Below are positions 51,890 through 61,632 of a DNA stretch of 64,000 nt, piece by piece. Source of the DNA: Macrostomum lignano (Eukaryota); assembly GCA_002269645.1 (NCBI GenBank), contig NIVC01002202.1:21138-85137 (forward strand). The letters are read 5' to 3'. The stretch's first letter is position 1. Every line of letters begins with the position of its first letter. The translations under genes were made by a program, and so were the position numbers. The notes beneath the pieces were generated by a model. It made no database searches and had not been told where the DNA came from. It saw only the letters and a list, made by a program, of their open reading frames with translations.

Positions 51890-52320
51890 TGCTAGCCGGA
51901 TGTGCTGCTATCTGGATGTGTTGCTATCTGAATGTGTTGCTAGCCGGATGTGTTGCTAGCCGGATGTGTTGCTAGCCGGATGTGTTGCTAGCCGGATGTG
52001 TTGCTAGCCGGATGTGTTGCTAGCCGAAAGTGTTGCTAGCCGGATGTGTTGCTAGCCGGATGTGTTGCTAGCCGGATGTGTTGCTAACTGGATGTGTTGC
52101 TAGCCGGATGTGCTGCTATCTGGATGTGTTGCTATCGGAATGTGTTGCTAGCCGGATGTGTTGCTAGCCGGATGTGTTGCTAGCCGGATGTTTTGCTAGC
52201 CGGATGTGTTGCTAGCCGAATGTGCTGCTATCTGGATGTGTTGCTACCTGGATGTGTTGCTATCTGAATGTATTGCTAGCCGGATGTGTTGCTAGCCGGA
52301 TGTGTTGCTAGCTGGATGCT
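51890..52320. repeat. 16-bp minisatellite filling the FAM221A intron
   Basis: Unit CCGGATGTGTTGCTAG, ~27 copies. Confidence 0.96.
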
Positions 52321-52529
52321 TACTAACTAGCAGACGTCGTAAACCCGTGCTCTAAAAGCCTTCTCCAAGCTCTGTTACAATATGAGATTAAGATTTAATA
52401 TATTACAATATGATATGAGATATGATATGAGAATTAAGATTTAACCTTAATTCTTGCCGTGCAAGGGAGCTCAAGTCACCCTCACCATCAAACCGATCAG
52501 GTATTTTTCTACTGCCTAGTGACACGCAC

Positions 52530-52768
52530 CTGTGCTGGCAGAAGCACTCTGTCTCGGGTCCAACCAGCACGCAGTCCATTCCACTTGGGCTCGTCCAGCT
52601 CACGTACAGGCGGTTTTTTATGCGGCCCGGCAGCACGCGCTTCTTGTAGGCCTCGTACTCCTCGGGAGTGAACATCTTGCCGCCATCGTCGTCGCCAACT
52701 ATGTGTCGATATTCAGCGTACGCCTGCACGTCGTGCTGCGCCTGCGAGCTCAGCTGAATGCGCTCCAT
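52530..52768 (-). CDS. FAM221A: FAM221A coding exon 1
   Basis: MERIQL...YAEYRHIVGDDDGGKMFTPEEYEAYKKRVLP.R.KNRLYVSW.SPSGMDC.LVGPET.CFCQH(R). Donor AG|GTGCGT at 52530/52529. A probable 5'-UTR intron spans 52916-52791 (AAG|GTAAGA ... tttcag). Confidence 0.95.
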
Positions 52769-53691
52769 TCCAGTGCTGGCTGGGTGCCTTCTGAAATCTG
52801 CATCAACACTCAACAGTCTGCATCTAGCTACTGAGCATCAACACTCAACAGTCTGCATCCAGCTACTGAGCATCAACACAGTGCATCTACCAATCATTGA
52901 AATTTACATATCTTACCTTCTTGAAGAACTGCTTTGAGCAAAAACAGATAAAGCCGTCAGTGGGTGCCGTTAAGCCTCCGTGAGTACCTATGTGAATTTG
53001 CTGGGTGAATATATACGGTCAAACACAGGGGCGCACTTGCAAGTCCGGAGAGTAAACGTACAGAGGGAGGGAGTGTTTACTCTCAATAAAACCTTTCCAA
53101 CAACCACTCCCTGCTGCAATCGGGTCTGTTCATTTCTGTCCCATATGGTCTAAAAATAGCATCATCACTCTTGTCTGCAGTACTTGAATGTACATCCAGT
53201 AAGAACGGCCCAGGACTTGGGTGGGTAGCCAACCATTTGCCTGAAGAAATGAAGAGAATGAAGAGCAGCACAATTGAGCTCGTTTAGAAAATTTTCTACC
53301 TGCATGCATTTTGCCATCGCTGTTCAGCTCTGACGTCTCTTGAACAACTTCAGTTGTAAAGCTGAGCTGCCATTCTATGACGCAAATTGCGAGTGGGTGA
53401 GAGAGAGATCAGAGAGACAACTGCATGTGAAGACGGGCTTGTTTATTACTTTTTTGTGTCATTATTACAATATTACAATTGAGGGCAAAGCATTTAATTA
53501 CGCAGAGATAATGAGGCCTCAAGGTAACGATGGCTCCTTCTAAAGAAGGTTTAGAAGCTTCAAAGTTAATATTTTTGTAGATAACTGCATATGTCTACTA
53601 TGAGTAGACTTGTAATAAGAGTGAACATTTAATCGCTTCAATGACATTTTTAAGCTGAATCCTAAGCATTCACTTGCACGGGATAGCGAGA

Positions 53692-53982
53692 TTTGCCAGC
53701 CGACATTTGCCAGCCGACATTTGCCAGCCGACATTTGCCAGCCGACATTTGCCAGCCGACATTTGCCAGCCGACATTTGCCAGCCGACATTTGCCAGCCG
53801 ACATTTGCCAGCCGACATTTGCCAGCCGACATTTGCCAGCCGACATTTGCCAGCCGACATTTGCCAGCCGACATTTGCCAGCCGACATTTGCCAGCCGAC
53901 ATTTGCCAGCCGACATTTGCCAGCCGACATTTGCCAGCCGACATTTGCCAGCCGACATTTGCCAGCCGACATTTGCCAGCCG
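53692..53982. repeat. 14-bp minisatellite
   Basis: Unit GCCAGCCGACATTT, ~21 perfect copies, between the divergent FAM221A and M28B genes. Confidence 0.98.
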
Positions 53983-54475
53983 TCATAACAATTGCTGCAT
54001 AAAAATGTTAATCAACCGTCCGGAAGGTAATCAATATCTTGCAGCGAAAACCTGGCCTTACGTGAGGCCAGAATCACGTGATTCAGCTATAGCTTCCTCA
54101 GCTGTCGATGGAGTTTTCCAACGGCAGTCCTTTCTGTTCCTTCTATAACACCTTCAATAGCACCTTCCCTGTTCGCTAATTGCCAACATTCTTTGCTTAA
54201 TCTGCGAGAGTATTATTGCCAACTTTGAAAGCGACCCAAGTGGTGACGCAATATTGGGGGGGGGAGCCGGGCGAGTTTACGGTGGAATTTTCTAATGAGG
54301 ACTTTGGCTTGGACCCGACGGTGTTCGGATGTAAATTATAGGCTTTAGAATTGCGCAGAGCCGGGCTATTGCGCCACGGCTGCGTCCAATTAGCTGATAT
54401 TGCAGAAAGGTCGAGACGTTCGGCTAGCGAAACGCGCCCGATGATTAATGCGCTTGCCCCCCCCCAGGGGCTTCG

Positions 54476-55885
54476 ATGGCTACGCGGATAAAAGATGGCT
54501 GGAACTGGGGGCGGAAGCGTGTTATGCCAACAGGCGGCAAAATGTTCCCCTGCATCAAGTTGGCCCTCTGTTCAGTCGGCCTGGTCGCGCTTCTCACCCA
54601 GGTCGCCTGCACGCCAGTCGGCGATGCTGACGGCGCCATGCGGGCGAATCGAGACAAGCTGCGCGACTTGCTGAGAGACTCCAGCTCAAGACTGAAAGTT
54701 CACGTACGGGAGCTGTCGCGCACCTCTTCTCTGGCCGGCTCTCCAACAGCGATGCATCACGTCGAGTACGTGGAGAACTTCTGGCGCGATCTGGGCTTTC
54801 GCGTATCCCGAAGATCCTACGAGGTGCCGATTTCCTACTTCGAGCAACAAGGCGAGAGCCGCCGCGTCAATTCGTCGAGATCGGAGGCTATCGAGCAGCC
54901 AAGTGTGTCGGTGTGTTTCGCCGAGGACTGCCGAGCGCTTGAGCTGGACAAGCCGCTGACTCGAGAGGATCGGGACATCGAAGGTCTGTCGAGAGCGTTT
55001 TACGCGTATTCCCGACCGCTCAGCGGCCACTTTGGCCTGCTTCAACCTGAGGACTTTGCCGAGTACATGAGCGTAGAGAATCTGACCGCCCTGCTGGAAG
55101 GCAACCTGGTGCTGGTCAGACCCAACGAGACAGCATTACTGGAGCTGCTAATGCAGGTAGCTACCAGGACTACGAACAACACCGGCTTCCTTCTGGTGCA
55201 CGCGCCGCCAGGAAACGATGAGGACGGTTCGGGCGACCCGGATGCGGCCCAGCCGCAGCAGCCAGCCTATCCTGAGGGTCCGGGATCGCCCGACACGGCC
55301 GTCACCTTCCATGTCGGTGGGCCGGAGGACACTGTCGGAGACCCGACTACGCCCGGCTACCCGTCCCGCTGGTATGCCAGCCGGCAGGAGCCCGGCGGCA
55401 AGGCCGGCTGGAAGTCCGCCTTGAACGTCACGGTGGTGCCGATCTCCGTGGCAGACGCCGAAGTCCTGGCCAGCGCCTTTGCCTCCGACTCCGGCACCGA
55501 GAGGCCCCATCTCCGGGTGCACTGGCCGTTGCAGTTCGGCTACCGCGAGGTGTACGACTCGTGCGCCGAGATTCTCGGCGATCAGGAGCCCGACCGGGTG
55601 GTGCTGATCGGCAGCCACCGGGACGCCTGGTTTGGCGGCGCCGTGGACCCGCACACTGGTATGGCCACCTTGCTGGAGACCGGCCGCGCCCTGGCGGAGC
55701 TGCGCGACAAAACTGGCTGGCGTCCGCGCCGGACGATCCTGATGTGCGCCTGGGACGCCGAGGAGCTCGGCCTGATGGGCAGCGTGGAGTGGGTCGAGGA
55801 GGAGTTCATGCGCATTGGTAGCCGGCTGGTCGCGTACGTCAACACCGACACGGATGTGATTGGCGACTGGAAGATGCTGGTTCAG
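54476..55885 (+). CDS. M28B metallopeptidase (NAALADase/GCPII/NAALADL1 family), exon 1; join 54476-55885, 56137-56901, ~724 aa
   Basis: EPDRVVLIGSHRDAW, GAVDPHTG, GWRPRRTILMCAWDAEELGLMGSVEWVEE, VAYVNTD (Zn ligands and catalytic Glu), plus a PA domain with GDPTTPGYPS. Donor CAG|GTGAGC. An upstream in-frame start is uncertain (alternative ATG at MFPCIKL). Confidence 0.92.
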
Positions 55886-56136
55886 GTGAGCCGGAATGAT
55901 ATCTTTTAAATGACTTTTTTAGTTAAGGGACAAAAGTTCAACAACTGGAAGGAAAAAGTTTAGATTCGACACTGAACGGTACGGTGCGAGTTTCCTTGTG
56001 TAGACCCGAAAGGTATTATGAAGTTTGATATTATGAACAGTGTCAGTGGTTGGCATTTTTCGAAGTTAAAGTTGGTATTGAAATGAGGTGTCCATGTACG
56101 GTCCTCAAATTTCCATGGTTCCAACAAATTTTGCAG

Positions 56137-56901
56137 AGCTCAGACCAGCTGACTGACATCATCAACCAGATCCTCTTGGAGAGTGCGGACACTTCCAGCG
56201 AGGACGGCTCGCCGCTGCACTTCTTCTACAAGCTGGACGACTCGTCGGACTATTTTTCCTTCACCCGCGCTCTCGGCGTGCCCGCCTGCGACTTCAGCTA
56301 CGTTCGCGGCCCCCGGGAGACTCTGACTCTGTACGACCTCTACCACACCCGGTACGAGACGCCCAGACTGTACGAGATGCTGGACCCGACCGGGAAAGCT
56401 CATCCGCGCCTGGCGCAGTCAGTGGCCTCGCTGGTGTACACCATGGCCGACTCGCCGCTCCTACCGCTGAACATGTCCGCCTTTGCCAACGGGCTGCGCT
56501 GGCGCCTCTACGACGGCTTCTTTGCAGCGGCCGACAACGGCACTGGAGGAGATCTGTGGGGAGAGGGCGAAGACGAATTTGACGCCGTTCGTCAGCGTCT
56601 GCAGGCGGTCGCTTTGTCGGCACTGGAAAACGCCACCCGAGCGCTGCATCGCTTCGAAGAGGAGAAGAAGCTGGTTGACGAGTCGGCTGGCCAGCTGCGC
56701 CTGCGGATGCTGAACGACAAGATGATGCTGGTCCAGAAAGCGTTCACGCATCACTGCGTGCTCCGCTGCAACGGTGACTCCGTCAACCTGCTGAACGGCC
56801 TGCCGCGGAACTTGCCAGCCGAGAAGGTGGCCCAGGCCATCATTTTAGGCCTGAACTCCGTTGCCAAGCTGCTCACCGACTCGTTTACTGATGACTATTA
56901 A
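56137..56901 (+). CDS. M28B metallopeptidase, exon 2 (includes the last Zn ligand and a TFR-dimerisation-like region)
   Basis: ttttgcag|AGC acceptor. SSDYFSF...LGVP...YDLYHTRYET...ADSPLLPL...LRMLNDKMMLVQKAF. TAA at 56899-56901. Confidence 0.92.
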   Translation, partial: SSDQLTDIINQILLESADTSSEDGSPLHFFYKLDDSSDYFSFTRALGVPACDFSYVRGPRETLTLYDLYHTRYETPRLYEMLDPTGKAHPRLAQSVASLVYTMADSPLLPLNMSAFANGLRWRLYDGFFAAADNGTGGDLWGEGEDEFDAVRQRLQAVALSALENATRALHRFEEEKKLVDESAGQLRLRMLNDKMMLVQKAFTHHCVLRCNGDSVNLLNGLPRNLPAEKVAQAIILGLNSVAKLLTDSFTDDY

Positions 56902-57511
56902 TGAAGCTTGAGCTTTTAACATTGTTTAGCCTTGTACTGTTTGTGTTTATTTGAGTGCTTCAGCATGGACAAATCAAATAGAAGGTCGCCATGCTCGTAA
57001 GTTGTCATACAAACAAGTGAGAGGTTTGTCAAACTCTGGGTTACAGACAAACTTAGGAAGTTGTGAGCTTTCGTGCTTCAATGCTCCGATACCACTGTTA
57101 CGTGTAATTGCCACCTACCAGCCATTAATAAACCCTGAAAGACTAAATTAGACTTTGCGATGTAAAAAAACTGAATTGATGAATAGCTCTCTCGATTTTT
57201 AAAGTATTTTTTGGCTTCCCTGAAAAGAAAACGCGAGAGCTGCTTGCGTTCAGTGCATTTGGCGACGGGGTACGGCTTTGCTACCCCCCAGCCTGTCCAT
57301 AGTGTACACTTATTGGGGCTGCGGTTCACTATTTCCTAGCCAATTTCTCACCACAACAGAACACAAGTGCTAGCTAGGGGTGGGGGGGGCTTGCATACAG
57401 CAGGCCTTCTGAATGCATAAATGCGGCTCTCTCTGCATATACGCAGCCAGTCAGACCAGTTTGCCTGCTCCAGGGTTCGCGCATTATCTGGCGTGTTTTC
57501 AAGCCCGAATC

Positions 57512-58156
57512 ATGCACCGGTTCATTGCTCTCGCAGCCACACTTTCCCTGCTACTGTCGGCCTCGTCGGCTGCCGCGGTCCCGGCGGTTGCCAAGGACGC
57601 CGAGCAGCCAGACGTGGTGGAAATGTCGATGATCTTGCCGGCTGAGAGAATCGCCCGCCGCCACCAGCTGACGCGGCTGTACGGCTTCAGCTGGTCGGAC
57701 TGCAGCTCGCAGGGCGCCTGGGTGAAGATCCACTCGGTCAGCCTGCAGCCCGACCCCGTGCACCTGGACGGCAAGATCACCGTGGGTTTCTCTTTCACGG
57801 CCTCGCACAATCTCAGCGCCTCGCAGCCGGTGTCCGCCTCAGTCGAGTTGAAGAAGAAAGTCTTTGGCACCTGGCTGAAGCTGCCCTGCGTCAACAACAT
57901 CGGCTCCTGCGACTACGCCAACCTGTGCACCGTCCGGCCGCCGCCCACCTCCTGTCCGGCCGAGTTTGTGAAGGCCGGCGTGCCGTGCAAGTGTCCGATA
58001 GCGGCCGGGAATTACACACTGCCCGCCTACTCGTTCACTGTCGACGCTTCGAAGATACCGGAGTTCCTGGAGAAAGGCGACTACAAGGTGTCAGTGAACG
58101 CCAAAGCTGGCAGCAACCAGGTGCTGTGCGTTGATGCCGAACTGTCACTGGCCTGA
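57512..58156 (+). CDS. GM2A: Ganglioside GM2 activator (ML-domain lipid-binding protein), intronless
   Basis: Signal peptide MHRFIALAATLSLLLSASSAAA, then FSWSDC...SLQPDP...KKVFGTWLKLPCVNNIGSCDY.NLC...CP......GVPCKCP..AGNYTLP...GDY.V. This is the GM2A Cys pattern. Confidence 0.93.
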   Translation: MHRFIALAATLSLLLSASSAAAVPAVAKDAEQPDVVEMSMILPAERIARRHQLTRLYGFSWSDCSSQGAWVKIHSVSLQPDPVHLDGKITVGFSFTASHNLSASQPVSASVELKKKVFGTWLKLPCVNNIGSCDYANLCTVRPPPTSCPAEFVKAGVPCKCPIAAGNYTLPAYSFTVDASKIPEFLEKGDYKVSVNAKAGSNQVLCVDAELSLA

Positions 58157-58647
58157 GACTATTTGAAACTTCTATTCGAATTATTGGCATCACGCCAGCT
58201 TCTATCCCCGATAAAGTTGCGCGCTCAATCCAGGGCTCAGATATTCGAATAACTTGCTGGTTTGCGCTAAATTATCAGCACGCGACTGGAGAGCTAAGAA
58301 AATTAATTACGTTGCCGTCAATTTTACTTGATAAAAAAATCTTGCTCTCCGTTAAAGCCAATTAATTACTTAAACATTACCACTTGATGTAGCTAACCAG
58401 TAGGATAAACTGTTTTTCATAATAGAATCAATTTGTTCGCTTCTACACTATTTTTGCATAATTGGGTCGAATTCTCGCTGTAATTTCACTCTTTTGTAAG
58501 CCTGTTGAACTAATCGATTAAAACGGTGTTAATTCAGAATCTTGTTACTTCCGCTTTCTCCTTTTGTAATCCGAAATCAATTTTTTTAGCAAATAAACGT
58601 GATTTTTTAAATAATTTTTCACTTAGAAATTTACCTTTGTTTTGCGA

Positions 58648-59772
58648 AGCATGGACTGGTGTATGAGCTGGTGCATGAGCTGGTGTATGAGCTGGTGCAT
58701 CATGAGCTGGTGTATGAGCTGGTGTATGAGCTGGTGTATGAACTGGTGTGTGAGCTGGTGTACAATGTATGAGCTGGTGTATGAGCTGGTGTATGAGCTG
58801 ATACATCATGGTCTGGTGTATGAGCTGGTGTATGAGCTGATACATCATGAGCTGGTGTATGAGCTGATACATCATGGTCTGGTGTATGAGCTGGTGTATG
58901 AGCTGGTGTATGAACTGGTGTGTGAGCTGGTGTACAATGTATGAGCTGGTGTATGAGCTGGTGTATGAGCTGATACATCATGGTCTGGTGTATGAGCTGG
59001 TGTATGAGCTGATACATCATGAGCTGGTGTATGAACTGGTGTTTGAGCTGGTGTACAATGTATGAGCTGGTGTATGAGCTGGTGTATGAGCTGATACATC
59101 ATGGTCTGGTGCATGAGCTGGTGTATGAGCTGGTGCATCATGAGCTGGTGTATGAGCTGGTGTATGAGCTGGTGTATGAACTGGTGTGTGAGCTGGTGTA
59201 CAATGTATGAGCTGGTGTATGAGCTGGTGTATGAGCTGATACATCATGGTCTGGTGTATGAGCTGGTGTATGAGCTGATACATCATGAGCTGGTGTATGA
59301 ACTGGTGTTTGAGCTGGTGTACAATGTATGAGCTGGTGTATGAGCTGGTGTATGAGCTGATACATCATGGTCTGGTGTATGAGCTGGTGTATGAGCTGAT
59401 ACATCATGAGCTGGTGTATGAGCTGATACATCATGGTCTGGTGTATGAGCTGGTATATGAGCTGGTGTATGAGCTGGTGTATGAGCTGTTCTTTGAGCTT
59501 GTGTACAATGTATGAGCTGGTGTATGAGCTGATACATCATGGGCTGGTGTATGAGCTGATACATCATGGGCTGGTGTATGAGCTGATACATCATGGGCTG
59601 GTGTATGAGCTGATACATCATGAGCTGGTGTACGTGCTGGTGTATGAGCTGGTGTATGAGCTGGTGTACAATATATGAGCTGGTGTATGAGCTGGTATAT
59701 GAGCTGGTGTATGAGCTGGTGTACGTGCTGGTGTACGTGCTGGTGTATGAGCTGGTGTATGAGCTGGTGCAT
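58648..59772. repeat. 12-bp minisatellite with higher-order blocks
   Basis: Unit GTGTATGAGCTG, with recurring ATACATCATGGTCTG and GTACAATGT marker variants. Confidence 0.97.
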
Positions 59773-60201
59773 GATCAGGTTTATAATATTAGTTAATGAT
59801 TTTGCTTTTAGGCAAGCGGAAAGCAGGGGTCGCAGGGCCCTAGCACGCACTAAGGGCGTGGATAATTACTGTTTCATGATCTGAGAGTGCCGCATGCATC
59901 TTAGCGTTCGCATTTTCGCACTGCAATCCAAAAGCAGTTTTGGTTCTGCATTTAAAAATAGTTTCGACCAAAACATCACGTGCGCGCCAGGTTCTTGTTA
60001 CTGGCATTACATCATGCTACTTCAAGTAGACAATGATACTTAAGCGAATCAAATAGAAGTTAGTGGAGGTTTCTCTTCAACGTGCACCCGATGAAATCTG
60101 AGGTCAAAACAATTAAAGAGGTCAGGAGGCAAAACGTTTATATGGGGACCAGACTGGGACCTGTTGGTCAGAGAGAACTCTATTCAACTCTATCGGGGAA
60201 G

Positions 60202-61086
60202 ATGAAGAAGAAACTGCTACTATTATTTCTGTTGCAGTTGCTTTCATTCTTCATCCGCAGTGGAGTTCGAGCAGAGGTCAGCCTCAGCCAGTGCTACTTG
60301 TTCGCGAGAGAGGCCTGCGACTCCTGTGTGGCCGACTACAGCAGCAGCCGGCTCACCAAGTACTGCTTCGCCTTTCCAAGAAGCCGCACCTGCACCACAG
60401 AGCCTGGTCGGCTGGACTATGTGAGACAGCTGCGGGACAACCTGAACCGCTACTGCCCTGGCGCCTTGCCGCCTGTCAGGCCAGTCACTCCGGTTGCTAT
60501 GGAAACAACCACAACAACAACAACGGGAGCGGACTCTAGTGTTGCTATGGAAACAACCACAACAACAACGGGAGCGGACTCTGGTGTTGCTATGGAAACA
60601 ACCACAACAACAACGGGAGCGGACTCTGGTGTTGCTATGGAAACAAAAGCAACAGAAACAGCGGGAGCGGACTTTGGCGTTGCTGTGGAAACCAAAAGAA
60701 CAACGGGAGCGGACTCTGGTGTTGCTATGGAAACAAAAACAACAGTTAGCCCAAATTCTGGAGCCGCCAAGACAATCAGCACTCAAAGCAGCAGCCCGGA
60801 TGCAGATTCAAACGCAACCAACTCAACAGCAATAGAAGAACGCTCTACCGACACAGAAGCGCCTGCAGACTCAAATAGAGCAATTTCAACACCTTCAATC
60901 ACTTCCGAATTGGTTGCAAATGACGTCATAAAATCTACGGTTCCCATGGCAACGAAAAGCCCTGAACAGGTCAACGAGGAGCCCATTCTAGTCGAGGAGA
61001 CTGAGACAGTCATCAAGACAGTGAGGAAGCTGTGGCCGCGTGGCAACAAGTCGGGAAGCTTCATCAAACTTTGTAGCAAATTTTAA
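60202..61086 (+). CDS. Secreted/membrane protein: signal peptide, 6-Cys domain (PSI-like spacing), Thr-rich mucin-like repeats; may be spliced at 61020/61021
   Basis: MKKKLLLLFLLQLLSFFIRSGVRA signal peptide. Cys spacing C-x7-C-x2-C-x12-C-x8-C-x20-C. Six 42-48-bp VAMET...GADSG repeats. Possible donor ACA|GTGAGG. Confidence 0.65.
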   Translation: MKKKLLLLFLLQLLSFFIRSGVRAEVSLSQCYLFAREACDSCVADYSSSRLTKYCFAFPRSRTCTTEPGRLDYVRQLRDNLNRYCPGALPPVRPVTPVAMETTTTTTTGADSSVAMETTTTTTGADSGVAMETTTTTTGADSGVAMETKATETAGADFGVAVETKRTTGADSGVAMETKTTVSPNSGAAKTISTQSSSPDADSNATNSTAIEERSTDTEAPADSNRAISTPSITSELVANDVIKSTVPMATKSPEQVNEEPILVEETETVIKTVRKLWPRGNKSGSFIKLCSKF

Positions 61087-61429
61087 TGCAGAAATTCAAT
61101 ATGTTTGTGCTTTTATTCCAGTTTAAGTAATTATCCATTAATCTGAATGTTATTTAATCAAGTACAGATAGCTAAAATAGTAAGAGTACAAATGGGGTAT
61201 AGGTGTTATAGTAATCATTAATTAGAGTAAGCTAGCCAGATAGGCACAACTAACCCTTGCCCACTCAAAATAAAGTAACAATAATTACACTATATATAGC
61301 GATTGTAGCGATGACACTATACGCTTGTACTCCACAAGCAATTAATCATATCTACATCATCACTAGCACTGGGGGGGGGAGCAGAGCAGCTTAGCAGCTG
61401 ATGCGTCTGTCTCTCGCGCTCGTCTGAGT

Positions 61430-61632
<203 letters not shown>

